Assembly: GCA_977016875.1 (NCBI GenBank)
Contig: CDRNST010000214.1
Coordinates: 2,852,001-2,916,000, forward strand
Length of the DNA: 64,000 nucleotides
Reading direction: 5' to 3'
Source: Pavona decussata
Taxonomy: Eukaryota
Part shown: positions 1 through 13,500 of the stretch, one piece after another
Layout of the letters: each line of letters starts with the position of its first letter
Position numbering within the stretch: the stretch's first letter is position 1
Notes under the pieces: generated by a model
What the model saw: the letters and a program-made list of their open reading frames with translations, nothing else
What the model was told of the DNA's origin: nothing
Database searches by the model: none
Translations under genes and position numbers: made by a program

Positions 1-1537
1 GAAGATGGACCCACCACCGGAGCCGCCTACTCCTTGTCCATTCCCTCCCCCGCTACCATACATCCGAGGGGTGTAAACAGAGTCATACGGGATCCCACCT
101 TCACCAGAATCTGTCTTTCCACCTTCTCCACCGTGACCAGCTCCGGAGCCAACATTGTTTTGCGTTATTCCACGCCCTACACCCTCTTCTGGTCCAAATC
201 CTGTGCCGTCCAGAATAAGACTGCCTTCGCTTTCAATCCAGCCAAACGCCGAGTAAATATATCCATGATTCATGTTCATCCGCCCTTCATACTTGATCCT
301 AAACTCGGAACATCTTAAGCTTAACGTGTGGTTAAGAATACGGCTGAAGGTCATTTGCGAGTTTCTTTCCACGGTAACTGTAGCAAACGAGAAGTTGCCT
401 TTCTCGTCTATCTCAACATAACGGCGATTCTCGACTCTAGCAGTCTCAGCGGTGGAAGAAAACTCAACAAAACCACCACTTGCGATGATCAAGTCTTCCA
501 CTCCAGTGATACGTCCCTCAATAATGCTTCTTGTCCCGTAAATATTGACAATAGCCGGAAACACAACTTCAGCTCCTTGATCAATCTTGTAACTGCATGG
601 TGCCGTGGTCTCGTTGGTTTCAGACTCGACGACTTCCACGTATATCGTCTGATTCACTCTGACGTGAAACCTTCCCGTGCCGTCACCAAGGAAATGGTGA
701 ATGATAACAGTGACATTAAGACCTCCCGGTGGGTGTCTAACCTGCAGATTAGCGTGTCTCGTCAAGAACAGTTCATCCAGCTCATAGAACAAATGCTCGC
801 TCTCCAACAACATCGAAGACATGTCGGTTTTACGATCTTCGTTGTCAACTTGCATGTACCTGTGAGTTGCAGTAACGTACGTCTTATTCGTGCTTTTGTC
901 ATACTTCAAGTCAGCATATTGTGGTCCACGAGCAGTTTCTTCAACATACACCGTACCCGCTGCAGCGTAGGTTTTTCCTCCACCTCCGTAAGCTTTGAAC
1001 GCGCCTGCATACTTATGCCTGAACCGCACATGCGCAGAGATACGACCACCTGAGCCACCAGATCCACTCGGACCCGAACCATCTCCTCCCATGACATTTA
1101 CTTCTCCATAACCAGTAAAGTTTGTTGTCTCGATGAGAATACTTCCTCCACTACCCCCGCCAGCACTCGTACCAGAACCGTCTCTACCTCGCAAGGTGAC
1201 AAGTCCATCCAGCTCTATCTCCTGTCCAATTCTCCAATGAAGCATCCCTCCCCCAGAGCCCCCCTTTCCTTGTCCATTGCCTCCACCACTACCAAAGTGA
1301 AGTGCGCGGTATATGGAACCATATGGTTCTCCTCCAAGCTGCCCCGCCTGATAAACACCACCTTCACCACCATGGCCTGCTCCAGAGCCAATCATGTTCT
1401 TCGTATTGCCAGAACCAGGGCCCAACTCTGCTGGGTGGCCAGTGTAGTCCAAGACAAGTTTGCCTTCGCTTTCGACCCAAGCCCATGAAGAATCGATCTC
1501 ACCGTGATTGATGTTAACTAACGCGTGGTACTTAAGC
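1..1537 (-). CDS. Giant gene, window exon 44 (absent from ORF track; runs off window edge)
   Basis: ttttcag|G CTT AAG; LKYHALVNINHG...GGRISAH...IKYEGRMNMNHG...GGGSIF; no stop to position 1; internal period 1,239 nt (413 aa). Confidence 0.92.
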
Positions 1538-4500
1538 CTGAAAATAATCGCAGTAAAGACAAGCGTGTTGTTGATTCGTGAAAATTCCAATCGCGAGCCT
1601 TTCTGGACATAAACTTCAGCAAATGTGATGTTACCAGGTGTTGTGAGGAAACGAAATTCTCTGTTTTCTTTAATACCTAAAACGCAATTTTGAAAAAGAT
1701 AATCACTCGGTAAAGAAAAGACCTCAAGTTTGATATACTTTTTCTCTACACGCAAAACTTTTAAAGGTTTAAAAGTGCTGGTTTAATACTGGCCTTGCCA
1801 ATTAAGCCCCAAAACAGTCCCTGGAAGTTGTTACTCAACACTAGTTTAACATTCTTGTAATTAAATTGGAAAGAAGAAATAGATTGATTGATTGATTGAT
1901 TGATCGGTTGATCAATTGATCGTTCATTTGGTTGGTCGATGAATTGATGTATTGATTGAAAAAAAAATGTAATTTTGTTCACGTAGACAAGGAGCACCAA
2001 AGAGCTCCAGGTCGAATTGGAATTTTGGAAAAACTGAAGAACCCAGAGAAAAATCTCTCGGAGCAGGAACGGGACGTGAGCCTCACTGTTTAGCTTATAA
2101 TATGACTAATTCAAAGTTGAAATCAGAAATGTACCTGTCTCACACACAAGTCAAAGACTTACATTGCAGCACTAAATAATCAGTATTCTCTTTTAATACT
2201 TTGGTATTCTTGTGTTTAAGTATTTTAGTACCTTAGTATTCTCGTATTTTAGTTATGTTGTTGTAACTTAGTTTCGTAGGGTTATAAGGGATAATACCGT
2301 CTTGACTGTAATTGTGCGCCCTATTGAAATAAAGTGTCATCGTCCCGGACAATCCGCCTTCCACCAATGTGAAAGGTGGGTGATCTCACCAATGCGCCAT
2401 CCTTCCCCCCCCCCCCCCCCCCCGAAGGGTTGGTTGGNNNNNNNNNNNNNNNNNNNNNNNNNNNNNNNNNNNNNNNNNNNNNNNNNNNNNNNNNNNNNNN
2501 NNNNNNNNNNNNNNNNNNNNNNNNNNNNNNNNNNNNNNNNNNNNNNNNNNNNNNNNNNNNNNNNNNNNNNNNNNNNNNNNNNNNNNNNNNNNNNNNNNNN
2601 NNNNNNNNNNNNNNNNNNNNNNNNNNNNNNNNNNNNNNNNNNNNNNNNNNNNNNNNNNGAGGCGAAAACAACATCGGCACCTTCAGCAACAACAAGGCGA
2701 TGGACACCCACAACCAGTCCTTCAAATGTACATCTAGTCCCAAGAAGGGTCAAACTTGATGGGTAAACTATTTCAGCACCTTGATCTATCTTGTAGCTCA
2801 CAGGAGCAACACTGTAACCTGTACAAAAATTTAGTGAAGAGGTTAAATGTAGAACTCGGTAATGTTATTAAGTAACTGCATTCAGTTCGTCATGGGGTAC
2901 AAAAAAATATGAATCCCCAATGAAAGTCGAATCTTTGCTTCTATCGTCATAACTTGTTCGCAATGGTCGCTTTTCCAAGTGGTTAGATGCAATTTAGATG
3001 AGGTTAAGACAATGCGCTTGATCAGCAGTGACACCGCATTCCAGTATATGACATTCATGTAGCCTGGTTCAGGCGTTCAGATTGCACGGAGCGGCAGACG
3101 AAAATGGCGCGCGCAAAAGCGAACCTCCACACCTAATTATTGTTCGCTCGCGTAACAGTTTTCTTCGCGAGCACCTGTAACAGGCTACCATTTATCATCC
3201 TCAGGGGCTATTATTTGTTACATACGCTGAGCGTGCTTTTAGTTCAGATTCTACATCTTTGATGAACAAAACAAAGCCTTTGTTATTATCATTAGCATTT
3301 TACGTTACCAGTTTAATGGGGTTGCCATAGCCTTATTTTGCGATAGCGTTCAGATTGGCCCTTCCCACGTCTGGAATAAAATGAATCCCACCTTTTGAAC
3401 TGGTCGCCACGTACTTTCAAAATATTGTTGCTACGTAAAAAAAATTAGCCTAACCTGTCTTAGACTCTACAACTTGAACGAACATCTTTTGGCCTGCTCT
3501 GAGGTGTACAAGGCCCGTGCGGTCTCCAGTGAAGTTGTGAACAACCAAACTCGAATTGCCGCCATGGATGTGAAGCACGCCGTGGTTTCTCATTTCTAGT
3601 TCGTCAACCTCGTAGTACGAGCTGTTTTCATCGATGATGATTGTTGCAATGTCGGGGTTGCGGTTGATGTTATCGATTGTGAGTTTTGTGAAGCCCTCGC
3701 CAAACACCGTGTTGTTGGGTTCGTTGATAAGGACTGGTCTGTGACTGAGTCCTTGATTGGTGTCCGTGTAGTACACAGTGCCTGCCGCTCCGGCTTTGAA
3801 ACCTGCGAAGAGGGAGTTTTATAATGCTCGTTAGATATTAAATCTCGTAGATTTACTATCTTCGTTAATTCTCTCTGGAAGGCAAACAAAGACGAAAAAT
3901 AAGTAAATCTGCAAAATTACTAGACCATCCATAGAAGACTTACTCAGAGAAGGTTAATGTTCTTATCTTGACGACCGTTGTAGTTATAGAGGAAACGAAA
4001 AAGTTGCGATAAACATGTCGATAAACACCAGGCGCCATCATAAAACTTGGTTGTTTGAAACCATAAAGTGGTTGTCCAACAAGTAAATAATTATTGTTTA
4101 GCACGCCACGAGCTACCCTGCAACTCAGCCGTTAGAGCAACCGACCGGTTATATGGAAGGGCATTTGTCCCTTTTTTTCGTGGATTTCAAATGTTCTCTA
4201 TGCAGTCCGTAATGTTCTTCACAAACAAAATACAGTCTTCTTTCAAAACCAAGTTGTTGGAAATTCCTTGGCGACATGAGCTGAGCTTGCGAATTTTTTT
4301 GGAGTATTTTTTTAAACACAGTCAATTATGTAGAATAAGTCAACACTTCTACTACCCAAACATTTATTTACACATAGCCAATGCCGTAGAACGAGTCAAC
4401 CGTTTCACTAACCTAAGCCTCCATAAGCTGTATACTGTCCAGAGTACTCTCGTAACCAAGCAACATGTGCTGCAATGCGACCGCCTGCTCCGCCGCCTCC

Positions 4501-7500
4501 GTTACCATGGCCACTCCCGCCATTAACAGTCACTATCCCATGACCGGAGAATTGTACGGTTTTGATTAGTACGCTTCCCCCACTACCGCCTCCACTGTTA
4601 GAAGTCCCGTTAGCACCCTCGCTTTCAATGATGCCATCCAAGTGAAGGGATAAGCCGATTTTAATCTATCAAAAGAAAAGACAATTTAAGAAACGCTGCG
4701 GTCGAGTTTTGACTTCACCATACAACCTATGCAGTAAAAACTAGTGCGAAGGTCATTTTCATTGCATGATTTGTACCTTGTACGCTTATTTCGCCAAGAA
4801 GGTCAACAAATTGTTAAGCTGCAAATTCAAAGTGCCTCTTTCAGCGACTCTTGTTCGAAAATTTAGCAGCGAAGAGAATAAAGAGAATAAAGTGTTTCTG
4901 TTTTGGGAATATCAGTCTGATAGTTGCCCCTTGGAAATTTAAGTCTTTTTAAAACTAGTTTATAAGTCCTCAAAGCTTCACTTATCGGACAAAGAAGTGT
5001 TTTAAGAATGTCAAATTTTCATAGGACAACTATTTAACAACTATCCTGTGAAATCGCGAGGAACATTGCTTGGTACTTAGCCAATGAGTTGTCTAAACTT
5101 AGGATTTATTCCGAAAATTTGAGCTGATAATTGATAATTGTTTTATTATTCAACTTTTTCATAACAGAGCATAGCATGCGGAAAATCTGGAGATGATCTT
5201 TATTTCTGACATTATTCTCCCCGACACACGAAATTAGACAAACGTAAACAAATTTAGCCAAACTTTCTTTTGGATGAGACATGTTTCATGAATGAAAATA
5301 TACCTCTATATGGAAACTCATTTTTATTACTCTTTACCTTAGTTGTGCTTCCTCCCGCTCCGCCATTACTTCCACCTCCGCCACTCCCAGGATGCACCGG
5401 GTACACATACGAACCATACCCAGAACCCCCAGCAACCGTACTTCCTGGGGCACCCTCTCCACCATGCCCGGCGCCAGATCCCGCACTTCCAAAATAAGAC
5501 CCGGGTCCAGGGCCCTGCTGTGCTTTGGGACCCTTTTTAGATGAGGTAATACGGGAGCTTCCCTCAAGGTGTGCTTCATTTAGGTTCATGTGAATTGTAT
5601 CCGCAGAGATGATAGCTTTCTGACGCATATACAGTGTGCTGACGTCAAACTTCATGTGCTTAGCGAATCGCAGTTCAGATGATGCTTCCATTGTGAACAC
5701 CCCAAAAGTTAACTCGCCCTCGATCGGCGTTTCGATGTACTCTTTATTCTTCAATAAAGCGCTGCTGATGTTTTCACCGGCTAGAACCAATAATGCATTA
5801 TTCATTAGCATCGCTAATGCCCTTTAGTTGTTAGCTAATCTTTACTGAAATATCCTCATACTCCTTTTTCAGGACTCTGTGCATGAAATCCTTCAGTACG
5901 ACTAATCAAATGAGAACTGTCGAGGGTTGCTTCTCGGTCTAGTGGCATTGTTCATTAGGCTGTACATGATGGTCCCAACGCTTGAGTCTGGGGATAAAAT
6001 CCTATAGTGTGATCATTCAGATGAAAGCTACTGAACAGCACGTTACTGTGATGCTGTTTATTGTGCTGTACGAGGTAGGTCTTACTCTTAAGGTTGTGGA
6101 TGAAATTGTTAAGTGTGACCATTAAAATAAAAGCTTACTAGTGAGTGTGTTCATGAAATTCTAAAACATGAGCATTTAAATGAAAGCTATTAACCAGTAT
6201 TTTCAAGTAGTACTGTTTATTATTCTATTCAAGAAAGGATAATATGCAATAATCTTACTAAAATGTCAGGGTGTAAAAATCAGCATGAGATCAAAACAGG
6301 TTGCAAGATTGTGTCCGGCTGAACTAAACCTCTAAACGTCGGACATTGTCGCCAACCTGATTTGACTTCATGCTGCTTCTTACATACTCTCTTCATACGG
6401 TGGATCTAACTTCGTAGCCTCCAGACGAAATCGTTAAATTGACGGTTCTGAACTAAACTACCATTTTCTACAATGGGCACTTCTGGGAGTACAAAACCTA
6501 CCCAGGAAGACACGCCCTTCTGTCAGTGAGAGGTTGGAGACGCCAGTGATTCGCCCTTCAAGTTCAAACGCTGGGTTCTTTTTTCCGGCAACATGGACAT
6601 CAGATACTAGCATTACTTCACCAGCGTAGTCCACCTTGAAGTTGACTGGAGGGAAGGACCTTCGTCTTGTGAACTCCTGATACTCGATAAAGAAGGTTTG
6701 GTTCCTCCTGACATGAAGAACGGATGAGCCATCGCCAAGCACGGTTACCACTGAGATGGATGGACGTTTGCTCAAACCCATATCCGCAATCTGGAACACA
6801 GCCTGGAAAAAAAAGTGAAATGAATTGTTACGTACGTTACATGGAGCTCGTTAAACTTACATCAATCAAGAGGTTTATCTAATGGTGCTCATGATACTGG
6901 CAAACCTCTCTCAGGCGAACATCTTTGTAACCGGCTCTATCTGGTCATCTTAGAGAGATATCCGCCTTAACGAGAGTTTAGTTACAGACAAACAAGTGAA
7001 ATCAACGGGGACCAACCAGTCTGAGAATAACTTCTTTTCGGAGTGTCCACTTTGATAAGAGGCTCGGGAATACTAGGTCAGCATTTTACTGTCTCGTTGC
7101 TGTTACGATTAGAGTGGTTCAACTTTATTGACTTACATCTCCTTGTAGCATCAACTCATCGAACCCAAACTCTGCACCGTTCTCCTCCGTAGCATTTGTC
7201 TTCAACGTCTTCGGATTCATCTCGTCCAGTAGAAACACTTTCGGCGGATTTGCCTGCTGGTTATCTATGTATAATCGTTTGAATAATTGTTTCCCTCGCA
7301 CTTCTTCGATATACACAGTCCCTGACCCACCATGCTGCGCCCCCGCTGTTACACCACCCAAGGCATAGAAGCCACCTCTGTACTCGTCTTTGATTGACAC
7401 GTGGACGGCAATTCTACCGCCTGAGCCACTTCCTCCGGTAGCTGAACTGTAGGTGTTTCCAGTCCCTCCGCGAGCAGATATAGAGCCGTGGCCACGTAGG

Positions 7501-10500
7501 TATCCAGTTGTGATCCAAACACTTCCGCCACTTCCAGCTCCACTTCCTGTGGAATTAGAGGATGAACGTTAACAAGCAAAGTTACCCTGCGTCGACGTGG
7601 AATAACGTTACCAGGTTGAAACATTTCAAATACCTTCATGGAGAACGATTAGCCAATCAAAATTGGAGGATACATTCAAAAAATTCAACTAAAATTAAGT
7701 TCACTAAAGCCAAAAGCCTTGAATTGTATTAATAGTTAAGGTGCTCTAACAATTGGAAGATTATCTGCGCTAACTTATTCGTCCAAAGAACTTTCAGAAG
7801 GTTATCTTAGGAGAGCTTGTTATCGGAAAGGGATTATATTGGAGAGAATTTTGCATTTCAAACCTAATTGGGTGTGACAACATAAACAGCTTGAAGCACT
7901 GAGTCTACAGCTTAAGAACAAAATCCTCATAAACCTCGGCTTATATTCTGAAGTGCTTGCTATTGGAAGGATTTTAGGGTCTTAGACTTAAGGGGAGAGG
8001 GGGGGGGGCTTCTGTTGGGGAAGAAGGTGTCTTATATTCGGAATTTAATGATATCGAAGAATTCTTATTTGTTTGTGTTTCCCACAACAGTAATTAAAGG
8101 TGGTTCCGCTGTTGCATTTTGCATTCTGTCCTGGATTCATAACGTTACTCAAAATATCATTTCAAGGAACGGAAAAGGGAGGATGTCACCTTGAGATAAA
8201 TCAAAAGAAAGGCGTGAATTTCCGCATTCTTTTTCACTAACCTGAATTTGTAGGGGCGTTGTCCGCATCCACATTAATAATACCATCCAAACGGAAGGCA
8301 AAACCAACCACCACACGCACACGACCCCCTCCTCTGCTACCAGCTGCACCCCCGATCCTTGTACCTCCACTGGCACCAGGAAGGACAGGTTCATACACAG
8401 ATCCCACTTCCTCGCCTCCGCTAACAACTGCTCCGTCACCCCCGGGTGTTCCGTGTCCCGCTCCGGATCCCCCTGAGGACGAGTCCCTTCCCGATCCCGT
8501 TGTTTTGTTTTGGAATCCTCTTCCTGAACAGTCGAGCTTAGCATCTGGTTCGAGGTAGAAATCAGTGGCTTCAATTTCAAAGAACTCGGCTGTAAAATCG
8601 GAACTGAACTTGATATCCTGAATGATAAAAACAAACAACAGTGAGGAGTGAAGAAATTTCCAAGATCTTTTAGTTTGCTTTAGCTTACACCCAGTGATCA
8701 AGATAAAAATGTGACCTTTTTGGATAATTTTGGAAGAATGTGTAGAATATTGTATTGAGATGTATTTCTTGTAAAAAAAAAGAAAACACCTTCGAGATTT
8801 TCGGTTACGAGAGATTCTTAACATAGCGTTTAATTGAGGATAGATTCAAACAGAATTTCAAAAAGGTTCTTAACGATGATGGTAACGTACGATATATACT
8901 AAAACCGGTGGTGCGTGGAAACGTATTCAATAAGGATTTTATTACGAGCCACTTAATGGTAATAGTGGCTTACGATTTAAATAAGAGTAAAGAGATTGAA
9001 AACATAGAATGGTTTGCTTTAGTTTTACTTTGCTCTGTAGTAGAGAACTTGTATGTGTTAACATGTCTAATCTGGGAGAGGTGTTATTTTTCTTTTCTTA
9101 ACCATTTTTATTCTTTCACGTCAATTTGTTTTGGTTGTGATTGTGCTGATGTGTGTTTCACTTCACAATTGATCGTCACAGATTTACATACCAAAAGACT
9201 GACTATAAAACGAACTCCCATCGGTGGTGGGTAGTGTATCACGGTGCCGCTACCAAACTCCAGTGTGGAGAACCGGAATGTCCCGAAGTCTTCAATGGAC
9301 CGATATTTGCCAGCAGAGGTGGTCGCAGTGTGAGCAAAAAACCCAATCTTGATCGTGCGTTGGTACGCTACGTAAAAGTGCTGCACGTTGATCAGGCGAC
9401 CGTTCCAGTCGAACGCCACGTCACCGAGTCCAACGATGTGCACGGAAGTTGCCATAATGGCATTCGAGTCTTTGTCCAGCTTAAAATTAGCATGTGTCCT
9501 TGTAATTGTGTACACTGCATCTAAGAACTCAGCTTTGAGAGTTTGGTTCGCATGCACGTGAATCAGGCCAGTTCTATCGCCTTCCACTTTGTGCACGGCC
9601 AAGTTCAACGGGCTGCCATCTGGGACCAAGTGAATAGAAGCCTTCCGTACCAGATGTATCTCATCGAAGGTGTAGGACGTCAAGCTTTCATTAAGAGTTA
9701 CATAATGATCCCATGTTCTTCCTTTGTTGTCTATCCGAAGCTGAGTGTGAGCATACTGATTGCGCGCATCTTTGAGGTAAACCGTGCCGGGTCCTCCAGC
9801 GTACTGAGTCGTGTCTTTAGATGCGTCTCCAGCGTTTCCTCCAATGGCAGTGTATTGGCCAAGATACTTATTCTCAGTTGGTGTGTCAATGGCAATACGT
9901 CCGCCTGATCCTCCACCCGAGCTGACACCATCTCCTGCACCACCATTAGTAGTGATTAAACCGTGCCCGCTAAATCGTCCGCATTTGATCCAAGTGCTTC
10001 CTCCACTGCCACCTCCAGCATTCGCTCCACTGGCCGCATCCTGTCCTTCGTTAGCTATTGTGCCGTCGACGTAGAGTTCATCTCCGATTTCCATAAAGAT
10101 GAGACCACCACCTTTACCGCCATCGCTGTCACCACGGCACCCAGCTGTACCGTATTGGTTGGGGGTGAAGAGATTGCCATGGGATGGAAGCTCATTGGCA
10201 CCACTATGACCTAAAAAGAGTACGTGAAAGGAATATTGAACATGATCTCCGTCTTGTAACAAACAGATAAGGGGGTGGGGTAGTTTCAAAGAAAGTGTAG
10301 AGCTGCGTTAGTGGGGAGTGGAAACAAATCCTAGGTTTTATCAACAGAGTTGATAAGGTAATTAAACCACCGTAAAGAGATTCTAAAGCTGACGTTTGGA
10401 GCGTTAGACCTCATCGCTCTGAGAAAGGGCTAACGCTCGAAACGTTAGCACTCGAATCCCTTTACAAACGGTGGCCAAATTGCTTATCAACTCTGCTGAT

Positions 10501-13500
10501 AAAACTAACCATTCGTTTCCACTTCCCACAGACGCAGCACCAAATTTTCTCTAGAACTAACCCCCTTGTATTTTGAACGTGTCGAAATATAGTAATACTT
10601 TCGATAGCATTCATAGTATTCAAAGTATTCAAAATGTTCTCTGGTTAAGCGTGGCCCAGGAATGAAAGGACGCGGATTGTTCTGTAACCAAACAGTCTTA
10701 CCTTTTCCTCCTTTACTACCATAACTTCCCCCGGTACCTCTACAAGAACTTGGAAGAGCAGAGGAATCGTAAGAACTTGGGCGATCTTTACCAGATGCGG
10801 TGATTCTACTTCCGGTTTCAAGAAGAAGAGATGTGATGCTGACGTGATACGTATCTGCGACAATTACGGAGCCGTATTTCATGTGAACGAGACCAGCTTC
10901 GCACCGCATTCCACGAAAGTCAGGGAAATAAACCTCTGAACCATCTTGGATCTCAAACGTGGCCAAGACAAAGGTACCTGGAGCGGCGACAGTGATTGTA
11001 CCGTTATGGATATCAGCCGAATGAGCGTGAGAATGGAATCTTGACTTCAAGCGCTTGGTGACGAATAAATGAGTGACATCTATCATTCTACCATCCAGCG
11101 TGAAAGATGAATCACCTGGTATTTGTCCAGTTCCTTTTGCACCGTCACCGATGACGTACAGCGACGCGCCGAACACCATCTCGGCATCTTTGTCAACTCG
11201 TAAGTTCACTGCAGGTTTTGAAACGCTGTGCTCGGTATTAGAAGCCTCCAGATAGATTGTTTGGTTAGCGCGAGAATGAAGAAGCCCTGTGCGATCTCCG
11301 AACAGGCGCGCCATTTTCAAAACTGTTCTCTCTCGTCGTACAGCCATATTAAGCGCCGCTCTTCGAAACAAATGTACCTCCGAGAAATCGTGGGAAGTCA
11401 TGTTTATTTCATCGATTGTGACTGGATCTTGAACAGATCGCATCAGATTGTCGATTCTGTAAAAAAAAAAAAAAAACAGAGAGAGAAGGAAAAAGTTAGG
11501 TATGTACGTGAGCAAGTAGGCGCGTAAGTATGTTGGTACATTACTTAGTGGACAGTTGAGCATCTCTCACTTTCTCCAAGGGGTGCTCCAACAAAAAGCG
11601 AAGTATGCGAGTTTCCGTAGGGCGGGTAATTGTCCTGCGTTTCAGTCTTTTTTTTTAGTCTGACAAAAAACAAACATTTTCACAATTTACTGGAGAGATC
11701 TTTTGATCAGAGTTGCGTGTAAAAGATGTTCAGAATCTATCACACTCTATCGCATACAATGGACATATTTTGCCTTCCTTAATAGAGCGTTTAACTAAAA
11801 CATCGCGCTAAATGAGAATACAGGTCCGTATAGAAGAATATGTACATACTACACCCATAAGTTGACTAAGATTTGTTTTGTGAATAAGTGAATGATCATC
11901 GCAGAAAGCCTGAAACAAATTTGAGGCCTGAACGGGATTCGAAGCCATGACCTCTGCGATACCGGTGCAGTGCTATTATTCAGTTATTCATTCTTTTGTA
12001 CGCAGTTCAAATGTATGGATTTTCATGTATTCACTTTGATTTGTTTTTTGCAAAGAATAACTTTATATATCACACAGACAGCCGAAAATCATTCTTCAAA
12101 ATTATCGATAGATGAACTTTCTTTTTTCATTTGCTTGTTATCCAGGTATATTGATTTTCAAACACAACAAAAGCTTTGGCTGTCTATGGTTAAATAGTCT
12201 CAAATTTTACTGAGCTTAACCTGAGCTGCGTAAACGGTCTCTTGGAGCGAATGTCTAGCAGAAACACAGTGCCGGGCCCTCCGTATGCTCCTGGAAGAGA
12301 GCTCCCACCGAACGCTAGGTAGGTTCCTCTGTAAGTGTTCTTGTTTGTATAGATTGCTATTCTGCCTCCTGAACCACCTCCAGCAGCAGCCCCTCCTCCA
12401 TTACCACCATTACTGTTTAGCTCTCCGTAACCTGTGGAAACATAAATGAGGTTTCGCTTATCAGTGAAAACGCTTAGCTGCAAAATTTAATCGACAACAT
12501 CAAACATGATGTGACGTCCAATTCCTCTGAGCCTCGGTTTTTTCCCGGTAATCACGCCCTCCAACTGAACACAGTTTCATTGCTAAATTACCATAATTAA
12601 TATTTACACTCTTTATCCCCATATATGACTTTCTAGAAATAAGCGATCCTAACGGTATGCAGGCGTGCGTCAAAATTAAGGAACAATTGAAATGATTTAC
12701 GTCGCCTTGAGTCTCCGCAGCTCAGTTGTAGAGCATCCAACCAACATGTCCAAAGTCACGCATTCTTGTAAACCCATTATTCGTAAAAAGAAATGAATAA
12801 GTTTATTTAAAAAAATCCTAAATAAAGAGTTCTATGCTGTCGAGCGGTTTTGTCATGGCTGTGGTAAAACCAATGTTTATATCAAAAAACAATTACAAAT
12901 TAAAAAAATAAATAATAAAACAACAGAACAATAAGCGGGAAGCAACAACATGTAATTGACGGTGCCAAGCTCTGAAAAAATGTCAGAAAGGCAACACGAT
13001 ATTGTTTTGAGTTTTATACCTGATTGGCTGAAAACAAATGTTCGTTTATCCGGGTAAAGAGATAAAGGGAAGGTTCTTGCCAAATAGGGACGCAAGTCAT
13101 GGCAAGATAGGAAATGCCAACTTGCGTACACAAACTTATAAATATGTTGGGTGGCCAAACGTATTCGTAAATAGGGGTAATTTGTAAATATGATATTTTA
13201 GTGAAGCTGTGGTAACTCTATATCAAATACAAAAATAAGTAAGACCAACATTCCCCTGCTTGCGTTGGCTGTCCAAATAGTGATAAACGTGCAGCAACGT
13301 AAGTACGAATTTGTGCTGAATCAAAGTTAAAGTAAACACAAACTCAGTGTCAACTGAAAACCTCTTAAGAACTTTAGAAAGCTTACCAATGAAAGTGTCT
13401 GTGTTGAACAGCAAGCTTCCTCCGCTTCCGCCACCTGCACTGCTGCCTCCTACGGCACTTCCACCTGCGGTCGTTATTGTGCCGTCATTGATAAGCAAGG

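Noticed and set aside
2302-2801. ORFs spanning N runs (also near 26.6, 31.0 and 49.8 kb)
   Set aside because: Artefacts of gap translation, apart from the real exon segment 2659-2818
5872-6230. CRISPR-like array
   Set aside because: Degenerate tandem repeat without unique spacers, in a spliced eukaryotic gene with no cas genes
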